The translations under genes were made by a program, and so were the position numbers. A DNA stretch of 64,000 nucleotides. Origin: Veleropilina oligotropha (taxonomy: Eukaryota). Positions 46,297-57,581 of this stretch are shown here, piece by piece. The stretch lies in contig JBEUKZ010000019.1 of NCBI GenBank assembly GCA_048128005.1, positions 310,001 through 374,000 on the forward strand, given 5' to 3'. The notes under the pieces were generated by a model. The model had not been told where the DNA came from and made no database searches. It was given only the letters and a program-made list of their open reading frames with translations. How positions within the stretch are numbered: position 1 is the stretch's first letter; each line of letters begins with the position of its first letter.

Positions 46297-46848
46297 GTAT
46301 AAGCTAGAGTTTAGCAAATTACAAGTGGACACAGATCTGCCAGCATTTGACGATGATGTTCGACTTGATGCATGGTGGACGGAAGTGTTTAAAACCAAAC
46401 GATATCCTTTTGTTGCAAAGATCGTCAAGGCTGCGCTGAGCATATTTACGGCGCCCCGTATTGAACAGTCATTTTCTGTAATGAATGATGTCATTGACAG
46501 GAAAGCCAACCGTATGAACGTGGACACGTGAAATAAGATTTGAAAGCTCAGCAGATGACGACTGTTAATTATTACCATCGACCAAATGTCGGCACAAGTG
46601 CCGTGAACAAATCCATGATCTACCGTATGCATACGTCCTACGGCAGGTACAAGCAGAAATTGGAGGAAAAAGGGAGAAAAGTGGTAGCAAATAAACGCAG
46701 ATTGGGTCTGGAGTCTATGGTGCACCCGCTGCCTGTTCTCGTTCGACCGAAAATCGACAGTGTTCATAGAAATCGCAGTACCGGTAACCGAAAGACCATA
46801 CATGAACTGGCCAAGGACGCAAAGAAACGAATAATGAAAGGAAAATAG
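46297..46848 (+). pseudogene. hAT-like transposase, 3' part (dimerisation domain)
   Basis: In frame across the empty site (DAY|KLEFSKLQVD). WW..YP...KAALS...EQSFS is hATC-like. Premature stop at 46529. Confidence 0.85.
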
Positions 46849-47131
46849 AGAAACTAAATGCCTCGGACAGTTTTGAAATAAATTATTTCATTTTCCTGTC
46901 TGTTAATTATACGGTTTCAAGAAATGCCAGTCAAGGTTTATTCTCAAGCCAACATTTGTTCATGCATACAATATATAATATCTTTAGTCGAACGTTCATT
47001 AACAATATCAGTCACAAGCTGTTTGGTGTAATATATCAAGGATCTAAAGTGGGATATAAAATTGTAGAAAATGCTGGAAGTTATATACAGGTATAGACAA
47101 TAGTCCATGTTCAGAGTTAAAGCTACTTTAA

Positions 47132-47674
47132 CCCTTTCATCATGGCAGCCCGCTATAGCGGGCAGAAAATGACGTCACCTTTCACCACGGCAGCCCGTTA
47201 TAGCAGGCTATGGCGTTAAACAATGTTATTGTCTTATTTTTACTTTATTCTGGCCACAAGAGAGTCACATTTCATCTGTATTTTCAATGCGACTAATAGT
47301 AATAATGATATATAATTCATTTTGAAGGTTACTGTTAGGTTATTTAATGTTTTATTTAAATTGTATACATATAATAATTATTTATGTAAGTTGCCAACTA
47401 ACAAATACCTAAATCATATAAATGACGTCATTATTTCATAAATATATATCTACTTCATCTCATCTGTAATTAAGTCAGTGATTAAAACATTTCAGATAAA
47501 TATACTTATAAAGAACCCCATTATATCCCGATCATAAAAATATCTAGTTTTCATCAAGTTATTAAATGGAAACTGTTGATATCACATAAGATATACGAGA
47601 AATATGTCTGGAACTCAGCCAGCATATTCAGTGTGTATCACTATTGTTCTCTGGAATACTCAGCAATGAAAGAG
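47132..47674. mobile_element. piggyBac-like MITE
   Basis: TTAA on both sides, imperfect TIR CCCTTTCAT / ATGAAAGAG, and an internal duplicated ~30-bp motif near the left end. Confidence 0.55.
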
Positions 47675-50600
47675 TTAATAAGCAAAGTAAACACGTTTAT
47701 TTGAATCCCAATTCATGTACCCTGCTGCTTTCGATGTACGTTCAATTAACTTCATTCAGAAATTAATTGTTTGGGGAATTATACCAGAAACAACAATCAA
47801 CTGTCCTTTCTTTGAACTAGTTATGCTTTTGTGAATAAAGGATTACCACTAATCTGATATCGCGCTAACTTTAACGAACTACTTTTGGAAATTCCATTTT
47901 TGCATTCATTATCATTATGCGAAAGTAGTTCTGAATCACTACACGACAAGCTTGTGTCCATAACTTGTAACACGCGAGCAAACACCAGGCTAAGCTCAAT
48001 GAAGAAACTCTTTTTGGTGCTTCTGACAATTATTATGTATACGCAAATGATGTGGATTACCAAGGAAAATAAAGACAAGGATGTAATAGGAGGATTAAGA
48101 GTAATCCCCTTGTATCTATAATAATATACTTACGTCCTTACTAATGCCATAATAAGCCTATTATCGCTAAATCCGGACAAGGTGGAAATGGTAATTTCGC
48201 ACTTTTTAGTAAATTTAACCCAGTTGACCCACTGACCTGCTCGACCTCCTCCAGTTCATGCCTATTAAGAGCTCGCCAACTCCCGCGAGATCCTCGTGAC
48301 CAAGGGTCAAGACCTCATCCAAAGTTTTAGCAAACCCCAAGGCAAAGAACTTATATAAGAGGGGAGGTGCGAAGCAGGGTGGGCCAAGTGGGTAAGGACG
48401 TAAGTATATTATTATAGATACAAGGGGATTACTCTTAATCCTCCTATCTATATCAAATATACTTACGTCCTTACTAATGCCAAGAATAACTTTGGTTGGC
48501 GGAGTTATAAGTTCCATACACCAAAATTAAAAACTTACTTGTTACCAGAAGACGACGCTTATAGCGGCGTTGAGATCGAGTCCGCTCAGAGTGGATTTTA
48601 CTGAGCATCAAATCTACTCTTACCCCGGGGTGAGATTTCGACCAAGAAATCTGGGAAAACACGCCAGGGATGTTAGTCGGACAGGTAACACGAAAGTGCA
48701 TGTAGCTCCGGACACCGTGCGGAAGGTATACCTTGAGGCACTCGTGTCTTGAGCAAAGACAGTGAACTGAATATTCCGGACTCAAAGGTCGGCAGACAGA
48801 AAACTGCAAGACGTGGTTTTTAGAGGCACCCGAACCTAGGCAGGTTGATAGTGTTATAAAACCGTGACAATTATTCATAGATTGAAGAAAATTGCAATAA
48901 CTTCATGTTGAATAATAAAAAATTTTGCATGTCCAACTTGCAAAATGTCAACATGATAACATGTTACTTAAATAATTTTAAGTAGAGAATAATATTAATA
49001 TTTTTCAATGTACGAACATTGAAATGTTCTGCGACAGCAAGTAGAACATTTTAAAAATAATATTATTTACAAAAAACATTTTTAAGATTTCGTAATATAA
49101 ATGTTTACATCCAATGTGAGCATTAATTTCATATTAACTCAGTATGAATAGATAATTCCAATTTCTTAATAAGTTTAAGAAAGGAATAACATTGGAATAA
49201 ATTATAAGGGTGTTTACAATGTACACAAATAGAATTACATTACATTACCTCAGTGTCCTGGTACAATTCATTATACCAATCACTGCAAGGATGACCTAGA
49301 TCCTCTAATACATTGTTGATTTGCCGCCACAAAGGAAATTCTATGTTCGCCTGCAGCCGTGGTAGCGTAATCACGCAGGTAGAAGCGAACAAAGGTATTA
49401 GCACTCTTCCAGTAACCAGCCTTCAAGATTGCATTGATATTCAAATTATATTTGAAAGCCAAGGAGGTCGCTAAAGCACGAGTTTCATGCGCGTGAATTG
49501 AGACGAGATCTCGTTCTGGCTCATTGGACCGACTGTAAATTTCTTTTACAACAGAAACTATCCAACGTGAAACAGTCGATTTGCGAATGTCGCGGTGAAA
49601 TTGAGGCATATGGCTAACGAATAAACGCTTTTTACCCTGCCGTAGGTCTCGGGTCCGATCCAGGTAGAATCTCAGCGCACGAACGGGGCAGTTCAGGCGG
49701 TCGATATCATCTCTATCCAGCATGGAGAGGTTACGGATACAAACCTCGGGACTGATATCTTCAGGTCTTTGTGTCTTCGCGAGGAAGCCAAGGACTGTAT
49801 GCAGCGTCAACGACCCATCGGTGTGGAAGTGTATATCTCGAAGCTCTCCGGATAAAGCGTGTATCTCCGATGCCCTGTTACCGGTGGCGAGAGCGGTAAG
49901 AAATACGGTCTTATAAGTGAGATTTTTGAGGGAACATTCACTCATAGGCTCGTACGGGCATCTAAGTAAAGCATTGAGAATCAACATAACATTCCAAGCA
50001 GGCGGTCGCACCTGCTGAATGGGCCGTTCGAGTTGGTAGGAGCGTATAAAGTCCGATATTGTTTTGTCGGTAGACAAGCGGGTGTGCTCGCGGCATTGCC
50101 GTAACGTCGTTGCTACGCATGATCGGTAGCCTTTGACCGCGGAAAAGAGGATTAAGGGTAATCCTAGTATTAACAATAATATACTTACGTCCTTACTAAT
50201 GCCATAATGGCCCCATTATCGCTAAACCGGAAGTTGAAAAATTGACAATTTTTGCACCTCTTATTAAAAACTTACCTCCCCTTCCTACCACCTCTCCAGG
50301 TTCCCAATAGAATACGCATCAGAAGACCCCAATAGAATGCGTATATCAACTCATTCAAGTGTCCTAGCGAAATCACAGCTATATCAGGAACTTAGAGAGG
50401 GGAGGAATGCGTGTACCACGCATAGGGAGGGCAAAACGAGTAAGGACGTAAGTATATTATTGTTAATACTAGGATTACCCTTAATCCTCTTATTAACTAC
50501 AAATATACTTACGTCCTTACTAATGCCAGAATAACCTTGGATAGGCGGGCTAAGTTCTAGTGTAAACACAACAACCAACCCATAATCAAGATTATAAATA

Positions 50601-51331
50601 CTCACGCCATCTGAATCAGCCTCGTAGAGATGACTCGAAATGATCCGCCCAGAGAGAAATGATCGGAGTATTATTTCTACTCTTACCGCGAATAAGTTTG
50701 ACCAGTAAACCTGGGATAAACTCGTTCGAGTGGGTTAGTGGATCGAGATGGCAAGAAGTGCAGTCATCCCCTGACCTGGACGTATGTAATACACCGGACT
50801 CTCAGATCTAGGGAAGAAGTGACCAAATGGAAGACCCGGGCCTCATGGGCCGGCACCCAGAAGGGCACAGTCCTTGATAAACACAGCCTGAAATGATGCA
50901 GGATAATTATCAAATACAGCAAGTATAAATCAATAAATATATTGACAACATACATAATCGCGTGACCAACCCGCGAAGGCTAACCTGACAATAACCATCA
51001 GGTTACTTAAAGAAAGTTAAAATAATTTTTAGAATTAAAAATTTTTCCAATGTCCCTCAAAGGACACCGTATGCTCATAACAGCGATGAACATATTTAAA
51101 ACACAAAAAATCAAATAACCTTTAAGTTTTGTGCACACACAAGTAATATCCGAAACTGGCAAAGTCATTAACTCAGACCTGACGGTAATTAATTCCAATA
51201 AATTAATAAATTAATAATTTATTAAATAAGAAAATTACATCGGATAACCTCAAGGAGTTCTAAATAACTCGATAGAACGACTTGTAAATGCATTTCAATG
51301 ATAAGAAAAAGCAGACATGTGTCACTCACCA

Positions 51332-54301
51332 TCACTGATTAGTTGACCTTGGACGAACAATAGAAGTTTGTGCAGCTACGCATTGCAAGCTACTGAGTCC
51401 ATCAGCACCCGTCGAGAAGTCTCGCAGGTAATGCCTAACAAAGACATTGGCATTTCTCCAATAACCTGCCTCAAGAAGAGCAGACATGCTTAGAGTATGA
51501 CGAAAAGCGAGGGATGTCGATATCGCACGGACTTCGTGCGCGGTGATGCGAACTACGTCGCGGTCTAATACCTGAGAACGGAGGTAAACAGTCTTTACTG
51601 TTTGAGCGATCCAGCGAGACACAGTGCTTTTATGAACGTCTCGTTTAAAAGTCGGCAGATAGGAAATGAATAAACGTCTTTTTCCCAGCCTCATGTCTCG
51701 AGTGCGATCCAGGTAATAGCGCAGTGCGCGCACGGGGCAATTCATGCGGTCCCGGTCGGAGCGATCGACGATCGATAGACTGGGAATAACAACATCATGC
51801 GGTGCATCTCCGGGCCGTTGAGTCTTTGCGATGAAGCCAAGTACGGAACGTAAAATAACCGACCCATCGGTATGGAATCTGATGTCCCTAAGCTCTGCAG
51901 AGAAGCTGTGGATTTCCGATGACCGCCGGCCCGACGCCAAAGCGATAAGGAACACCGTTTTGTGAGTAATATCTTTAAGGGAAGCTTTACTCATGGGTTC
52001 GTAGGGCGGTCGAAGCAGAGCGTTAAGAACTAACACTATATTCCAGGCTGGCGGCCGCACCAGCGCGCAGGGTCGTTCGATATCATAGGAACGGATATAA
52101 TCCGATATAGTACGGTCAGTAGACAGGTTGACTCGAGCGCGGCATTGCCGTAGCGTTGTAGCTATAGTGGCCCGATAGCCCTTGACCGTGATGGTTGATA
52201 ATCCTTGATTAAACAGCGAGGATAAAAACTCTATGAAGTCGTTTATAGCCGGGCGGAGTATATCGATCGCCCGGCCGTTACACCAATCCACGTATTTGTT
52301 CCATCTATAGTCGTAGACACGTGTCGTGGATTGTCGTCTCGATCGATAGATGCGACGGGCAATTGCTGTAGAAAATCCTTTCTTAAGCAGGGATCGTTCG
52401 ATAATCGCCAGGCGTGAAGTCTGAAGTCGCTCGGCGACTGGTGGAGTACGCGTGTGCGCGGTTGCATTAACAGGTCTGGTCTCTGCGGTAGCGCTAGCGG
52501 TGTGTCGATGATCAGATCGAGAAGTGTCGGAAACCAAGGTTGCGATCGGTGTAGGGGCGCTATCAGCGTCAGTTCGCAACGTTCCCGCGATACTTTCCGT
52601 AACACTAGGTGTAGAATACACGTCGGGGGAAAGGCATACGCGATCAGATTCTCCCATGACATGGACAGCGCGTCGACTGACAGGGCTGCCGGGTCCGGGT
52701 AGGGGGATACGTACAGAGGGAGTCGGTAATTGAACTCTGTTGCAAATAGATCGACTTGGGGCTGTGACCACCGGCGACAGACCTCCCGGGCTACTCGGCT
52801 GTGTAGCGTCCACTCTGTGTGTATAATCTGTGATTTCCGAGAGAGCGAGTCCGCTCGGACGTTCAGTACTCCCGGGATGTGTCTTGCTCGTATCGTCGAG
52901 TCGAGGGACATCACTAGGCGGTGTAGGTCGATAGCTCGGTCGCATAGGGGACGCGAGCGGGTCCCGCCCTGGTGTTGAACGTAAGCAACGACAGTCGTGT
53001 TGTCCGTAGCCAGCATAATGTGTTTGCTGTGAAGGAGTTCCGAGAAAGATTGAACTGACAGGAAGACCGCTTCCAACTCTAACAGGTTGATGTGTCGTCC
53101 ACGTAGTTCCTCCGGCCATAGGCCTGACGTCTCGTGACTGTCGAGGTGACCCCCCCAGCCTTCGTTCGAAGCGTCTGTAAACAGGTAGGCATTCGGTTCT
53201 GGCAGGGAGATAGGAACCGACTGGCTCGGCATAGTGGGGTCCAACCACACTGCTGTCGTGGCGTCGAACCAATGCCGTAGATCGATGCGATCCGACCACT
53301 GTCCCGTACGTTGCACCCATCGTTCCTTGAGGGCCTGTTGTACGGGCCGCTTGTCCATGCGGCCCCTCGGTAGCAAGGGAGCTACCGACTCGATGTGCCC
53401 TAGGACAGTGGCCAGTTGACGTGCCGTGGTTACTTCGTGGGATGCAGTCTCCTGAATCACGGCTCGTAGGTTCCCAGTGCGTTTCTCTGTAGGCTTCGCG
53501 GTAAAGAGGACCGTGTCGAAGTCGACTCCGAGGAACGTGAACGTCGTCGAGGGCACGAAGCAGGATTTCGTCTCGTTGATCTGGAATCCCAGGCGCTTCG
53601 TCGATGACAGAGTAAAGCTCAGGGACTGGTGGCACTGCTCTCGGGACGCCCCGAGAATCAACCAGTCGTCGAGGTACATGTGTACTCTGTGCCCATGCGA
53701 GTGTAGGAAGGCTCCGAGGGCCTTTACTATCCGCGTGAAGACGTACGGGGCTGACGATAGACCGAACGGTAGGCACCTGAATTGGTACGTAGTCTGCCCG
53801 TGTATGAACCGAAGGTATCTGTGGGTCGATGGATGCATCGGTACGTGTAGATACGCGTCGGTAAGATCGATAGACGCTGCCCAGTCGCCCGGACGGATGG
53901 CCGCACGTATCTTCGCCAGTGTTTCTTGCTGGAACGTCTCGGGACGAAGATACTGGTTGAGGAACGAGAGATCGAGGATCGGTCTCCAGCGGCCGTCTGC
54001 CTTCGGGACCAGGAAGAAATGGCTGTAATATCCTGGTGTGCTGGGCGGCGCGGGATAGATGGCTCCCTTGTGGAGTAAATCCCGCACTGCCTGGTCTAAG
54101 ACAGCTTGTTTCTCGCTGCCGAGAAGACGAGCCTGTCTTGGTGGTGCCTCGGCTAGGGCTGGTTGCCGGATAAAAGCGAGTCTGTATCCGGCACTCACGA
54201 CTGAGTGAACCCAACTCAAGCCTGCTAGCTCCAGCCACAACGGGCTGTAGGCTAACAGACACGCTCCCACCGGCGGGAGCGCTGAGCTGGGGCCTTCGCA
54301 A
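51332..54301 (-). CDS. DIRS copy 3 tyrosine recombinase ORF
   Basis: LASGRRSSE, CPVRAL, HEVRA, FVRHY. Confidence 0.93.
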   Translation of the reverse strand: MRRPQLSAPAGGSVSVSLQPVVAGASRLELGSLSRECRIQTRFYPATSPSRGTTKTGSSSRQRETSCLRPGSAGFTPQGSHLSRAAQHTRILQPFLPGPEGRRPLETDPRSLVPQPVSSSRDVPARNTGEDTCGHPSGRLGSVYRSYRRVSTRTDASIDPQIPSVHTRADYVPIQVPTVRSIVSPVRLHADSKGPRSLPTLAWAQSTHVPRRLVDSRGVPRAVPPVPELYSVIDEAPGIPDQRDEILLRALDDVHVPRSRLRHGPLYREAYRETHWEPTSRDSGDCIPRSNHGTSTGHCPRAHRVGSSLATEGPHGQAARTTGPQGTMGATYGTVVGSHRSTALVRRHDSSVVGPHYAEPVGSYLPARTECLPVYRRFERRLGGSPRQSRDVRPMAGGTTWTTHQPVRVGSGLPVSSIFLGTPSQQTHYAGYGQHDCRCLRSTPGRDPLASPMRPSYRPTPPSDVPRLDDTSKTHPGSTERPSGLALSEITDYTHRVDATQPSSPGGLSPVVTAPSRSICNRVQLPTPSVRIPLPGPGSPVSRRAVHVMGESDRVCLSPDVYSTPSVTESIAGTLRTDADSAPTPIATLVSDTSRSDHRHTASATAETRPVNATAHTRTPPVAERLQTSRLAIIERSLLKKGFSTAIARRIYRSRRQSTTRVYDYRWNKYVDWCNGRAIDILRPAINDFIEFLSSLFNQGLSTITVKGYRATIATTLRQCRARVNLSTDRTISDYIRSYDIERPCALVRPPAWNIVLVLNALLRPPYEPMSKASLKDITHKTVFLIALASGRRSSEIHSFSAELRDIRFHTDGSVILRSVLGFIAKTQRPGDAPHDVVIPSLSIVDRSDRDRMNCPVRALRYYLDRTRDMRLGKRRLFISYLPTFKRDVHKSTVSRWIAQTVKTVYLRSQVLDRDVVRITAHEVRAISTSLAFRHTLSMSALLEAGYWRNANVFVRHYLRDFSTGADGLSSLQCVAAQTSIVRPRSTNQ

Positions 54302-54603
54302 GTGCCGGCAGCCCTAGGGCCGAGGCGGCTTCCCTCTCCGGCTCTGACCGGATCGCGTTGGAGGTGCTGTGGGCCGACGGGTCTTATTAGCCGGAGGCTT
54401 GCCTGTCGGTTTCTTTGCACTCTTGGGAGGCTTGCCACCCCTCGCGGGGGCAGCAGGGCGCTTCCCTCTCGGTCCAGCCGTCTGCACCCGGGCAGGTGCC
54501 AGAACGGCCTTCTCGATGGCCCTGTCCTTGAGCTCGGCAGCCCTCTTCGCGACAAATTCCCCGAACTTGTCCCCGAAGAGGGTCGAGGCCGACACTGGAA
54601 CAC
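52243..54603 (-). CDS. DIRS copy 3 RT-RNaseH-MT ORF
   Basis: LPFGLSSAP, YLDD, FTDAS, VDLFA, YAFPP. Confidence 0.95.
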   Translation of the reverse strand: MFQCRPRPSSGTSSGNLSRRGLPSSRTGPSRRPFWHLPGCRRLDREGSALLPPRGVASLPRVQRNRQASLRLIRPVGPQHLQRDPVRAGEGSRLGPRAAGTCEGPSSALPPVGACLLAYSPLWLELAGLSWVHSVVSAGYRLAFIRQPALAEAPPRQARLLGSEKQAVLDQAVRDLLHKGAIYPAPPSTPGYYSHFFLVPKADGRWRPILDLSFLNQYLRPETFQQETLAKIRAAIRPGDWAASIDLTDAYLHVPMHPSTHRYLRFIHGQTTYQFRCLPFGLSSAPYVFTRIVKALGAFLHSHGHRVHMYLDDWLILGASREQCHQSLSFTLSSTKRLGFQINETKSCFVPSTTFTFLGVDFDTVLFTAKPTEKRTGNLRAVIQETASHEVTTARQLATVLGHIESVAPLLPRGRMDKRPVQQALKERWVQRTGQWSDRIDLRHWFDATTAVWLDPTMPSQSVPISLPEPNAYLFTDASNEGWGGHLDSHETSGLWPEELRGRHINLLELEAVFLSVQSFSELLHSKHIMLATDNTTVVAYVQHQGGTRSRPLCDRAIDLHRLVMSLDSTIRARHIPGVLNVRADSLSRKSQIIHTEWTLHSRVAREVCRRWSQPQVDLFATEFNYRLPLYVSPYPDPAALSVDALSMSWENLIAYAFPPTCILHLVLRKVSRERCELTLIAPLHRSQPWFPTLLDLIIDTPLALPQRPDLLMQPRTRVLHQSPSDFRLHAWRLSNDPCLRKDFLQQLPVASIDRDDNPRHVSTTIDGTNTWIGVTAGRSIYSARL

Positions 54604-56542
54604 ATCGCAACGAGCGCCGGGTGGTCTCGTCCAACGTGGTCATTTCCAGGCATGCGTCCCTCCGAAGAAGGAGAGCATTGCCCAGGACATGGGCCGACTC
54701 CAACGCGCAAGTCTCCATGGCGGTGGCCACCTCGTGCAGGTATGTAAGCGCGGCCTCTCTGGCACCGGGCTCATCCTGCTGTAGGACGGCAATCGCCCCA
54801 TCCAAGAACGAGTCTTGGACAGACGATTGCCGCAGAGCTCGTCGGGCAGAGCTCTCGAAATGTTCCATGGCGGCCCATGGAATTTTCGCCGACGAGGGGG
54901 TCGAACTGGACGTCAGGCGACGCATCTCTGCATCGATCCTGGCCGTGTCAGTCGCCAGGCACGGACTACTACAGGCGATCGGAGACGATCTACTGGAAGT
55001 CCGTAGGCACCTGCCCTTACGATATCCCAGGGGATAATCGGTCAGAGAGGTGGACCCCACTGCTTTAGACCCCTGAATGGTACGGGTCACCTTGTCCAAG
55101 ACAAGGTCGACCAGCCCAGACTGGGGGAGAACTGAGAGCTGGGGCGCTTCAGTCTCAACAAAGCGGTGTGCCGCCGTCCGGTGCTTGGTTTGTGTTACGG
55201 AATCATCATATTCCGGCATACCAAGCACCCCACGCAACGATCGCACAGCTTCACGTTGTCTGTGGGCGGTGGAGATGGGCTCTAGAGTGCCTGTGTGACT
55301 CGAGGAGTCATCAGGGCCGACCGATTCAGGAGGATCGACGAGATTGGAGTCGGAGCTCTCCCCAGGAGAGTCGACGTCCATCTCAGTTTCTAGAGCCCGG
55401 CTCTGCATCACGGGCAGAGTGGTAGGTCGTTGGGGGGTCTGCACAGCAGCCGTATCCCAAGACCTACGCTGGGCCTCGCACTCTGCCGCGATCAATGCTC
55501 GCATGGTCTCAAGAGAGAACCCGGGAGGCATGACGGGCAGTGATCCAACAGCCATTGGATCAGGCGAAGTCACCGTGACGTTTTGGTGGAATGCTTGCCG
55601 GGGGTTCGGGAACCGAGGTCCCTGCAGCTCCCCGTAACAGCCCGCATGGAATAACTGGCCCGAAGGCACTGTATGGCATGCAGAAGCCCAGTCGGTCAGT
55701 GGCCACTGACCGTACGGGTACACCGCTGGGCCAACCTGGTCAGGGAAATCCCTGTAGGACCGGGTCGGCGCATTCAAACCGTCCCCCCCGATGGTCGAGT
55801 GGCTAGGCCAGCTGCGAGCATGGGAGGGTCCTCCGTTGTCGACGTGAGCCCCCATGTCGAGAATGAAACCCTCTCGGGTCACCTCATCATGGGACGTCGG
55901 AACGGGCTTCGAGGAGTGTCCGGCAACGCGATCGCGATGATCGGGCACGGCAATCAAGTCCTCTTTCTCTTCCGTCTGCCTCGGTAAGCCATACTGCGCA
56001 GGGCAGCTGGGGGTACCAAGGTTTCTGGGAGAAGGATGATCGATCCTCTGCTCCACCAGGGCTGGTGAAGAGGAAGAGGAAAGACCACCCCCAGCAGGTC
56101 GGTGGTCCGGCCGGTCTGTCTCGTGGGCCAACGAGACAAGTTGGTCGGCACTCGGTGAGCCGCTGATAGGAGGAGGAGGGACATGCACTCGGGCATTTAC
56201 CTGAACCTGCGTAACCTCTTGGGTTCCGGCGACGCCCGCCCCCAGGGTCGCGGTGGAAACCAAGGATACGGCGCCGGCTGCAAGCTGCACAGCTGCAGTA
56301 GGTCCCTCTGAAGAAGAAGAAGAAGGTTTTGCAATTAGCACACTTACCTCCTTTTCCGGTTTCGGAACATCAGTCTTCTTCGGCGCCGGGTAAAGTATGT
56401 TCCATTGCCTCTCTGAAAGAACCCTACAATGTGGGCAGTCCTCAGGGCAGGATCTCTGTCGCTGTCGGCAATACACACAGAACTTATGCTTGTCAAAGCT
56501 ATGGATTTTCCGGGTGCACTCGGGGTCGGCACATCTACCCAT
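54314..56542 (-). CDS. DIRS copy 3 gag-like ORF1
   Basis: CADPEC..DKHKFCVYC...CPHC, LLLRRD block, basic tail. Confidence 0.85.
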   Translation of the reverse strand: MGRCADPECTRKIHSFDKHKFCVYCRQRQRSCPEDCPHCRVLSERQWNILYPAPKKTDVPKPEKEVSVLIAKPSSSSSEGPTAAVQLAAGAVSLVSTATLGAGVAGTQEVTQVQVNARVHVPPPPISGSPSADQLVSLAHETDRPDHRPAGGGLSSSSSPALVEQRIDHPSPRNLGTPSCPAQYGLPRQTEEKEDLIAVPDHRDRVAGHSSKPVPTSHDEVTREGFILDMGAHVDNGGPSHARSWPSHSTIGGDGLNAPTRSYRDFPDQVGPAVYPYGQWPLTDWASACHTVPSGQLFHAGCYGELQGPRFPNPRQAFHQNVTVTSPDPMAVGSLPVMPPGFSLETMRALIAAECEAQRRSWDTAAVQTPQRPTTLPVMQSRALETEMDVDSPGESSDSNLVDPPESVGPDDSSSHTGTLEPISTAHRQREAVRSLRGVLGMPEYDDSVTQTKHRTAAHRFVETEAPQLSVLPQSGLVDLVLDKVTRTIQGSKAVGSTSLTDYPLGYRKGRCLRTSSRSSPIACSSPCLATDTARIDAEMRRLTSSSTPSSAKIPWAAMEHFESSARRALRQSSVQDSFLDGAIAVLQQDEPGAREAALTYLHEVATAMETCALESAHVLGNALLLRRDACLEMTTLDETTRRSLRCVPVSASTLFGDKFGEFVAKRAAELKDRAIEKAVLAPARVQTAGPRGKRPAAPARGGKPPKSAKKPTGKPPANKTRRPTAPPTRSGQSRRGKPPRP

Positions 56543-57581
56543 AGTTGACTACACGGAAGGTGGGAACGGGAATAAAAAAAATTTTCCTGGAAGAATTTGT
56601 CAGGTAACTCCTACACTAACGGCGGTTCAACCCCCGAAAGTGTACCTCACTCGAAGCTGAGTGAGGCTAGAAAAAGAAATAAACCGTTCCGACTGGAAAA
56701 CGCGCGACTACAACCCTAACTAAGCGGGACTCGCTTAGGTAAGGTTGGCGAGAAAAAACAACAGGAACTTTGTGTTCTAAAAGAAGGTAGTGGAACCTTC
56801 TAGCAAAGTAACCGGACGGGTTGTTAGGAGGGTGAGCGAGTTATCCCAGGTTTGGCAGATAGAACCTAATTTTGTAAATTTCCAAAAATCTGCCTTCTAG
56901 AGACCCAAGTGGTTAATTTAACCTAAGCAAGAATTAGCCTCTAGGGTATTATTAATATAATTAATATACCGTAAATACAGTAATTAAACAATATTTAGTT
57001 AATTAATGCACAGTATACAATAAGAACAGTAATGAAAGAGTTTCCTATCTGAAATTCGTTCTCTCTAGGCGTCCATGCTTGGTGTCGATTTCTCGATTAA
57101 AGATGGCTGCTTGGCGGGAAAACTGTCTTCAAATCACTGTCTTTCACCACACAAAAGTCTATTCCAATATTAAATTGGACAGGCGATCCAGCTTCTAATC
57201 ACTCCATCAGTCACATTAAGTACTAATCTTCATCGAAATAATTCCAGAATCCAACAGGAGATCGAAGAATTTTTGCAAGATTTTCACTCTAACATTGCTA
57301 CATCTTATATAGGTGTTGTCGGTTTGAGCGGAGACACTTGAATGAGTTGATATACGCATTCTATTGGGGTCTTCTGATGCGTATTCTATTGGGAACCTGG
57401 AGAGGTGGTAGGAAGGGGAGGTAAGTTTTTAATAAGAGGTGCAAAAATTGTCAATTTTTCAACTTCCAGTTTAGCGATAATGGGGCCATTATGGCATTAG
57501 TAAGGACGTAAGTATATTTGTAGTTAATATAGACATTCCACGTTCGAGCAACGACGACAAAAACTCGATAAATTTTGTCAC

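Larger units (their letters stand above)
50145..57528 (-). mobile_element. DIRS retrotransposon copy 3 (full length, ORFs open), nested in the YR gene of copy 2
   Basis: ITRs ~50178-50363 / 57333-57518, ICR 50440-50528, three intact ORFs. Confidence 0.95.
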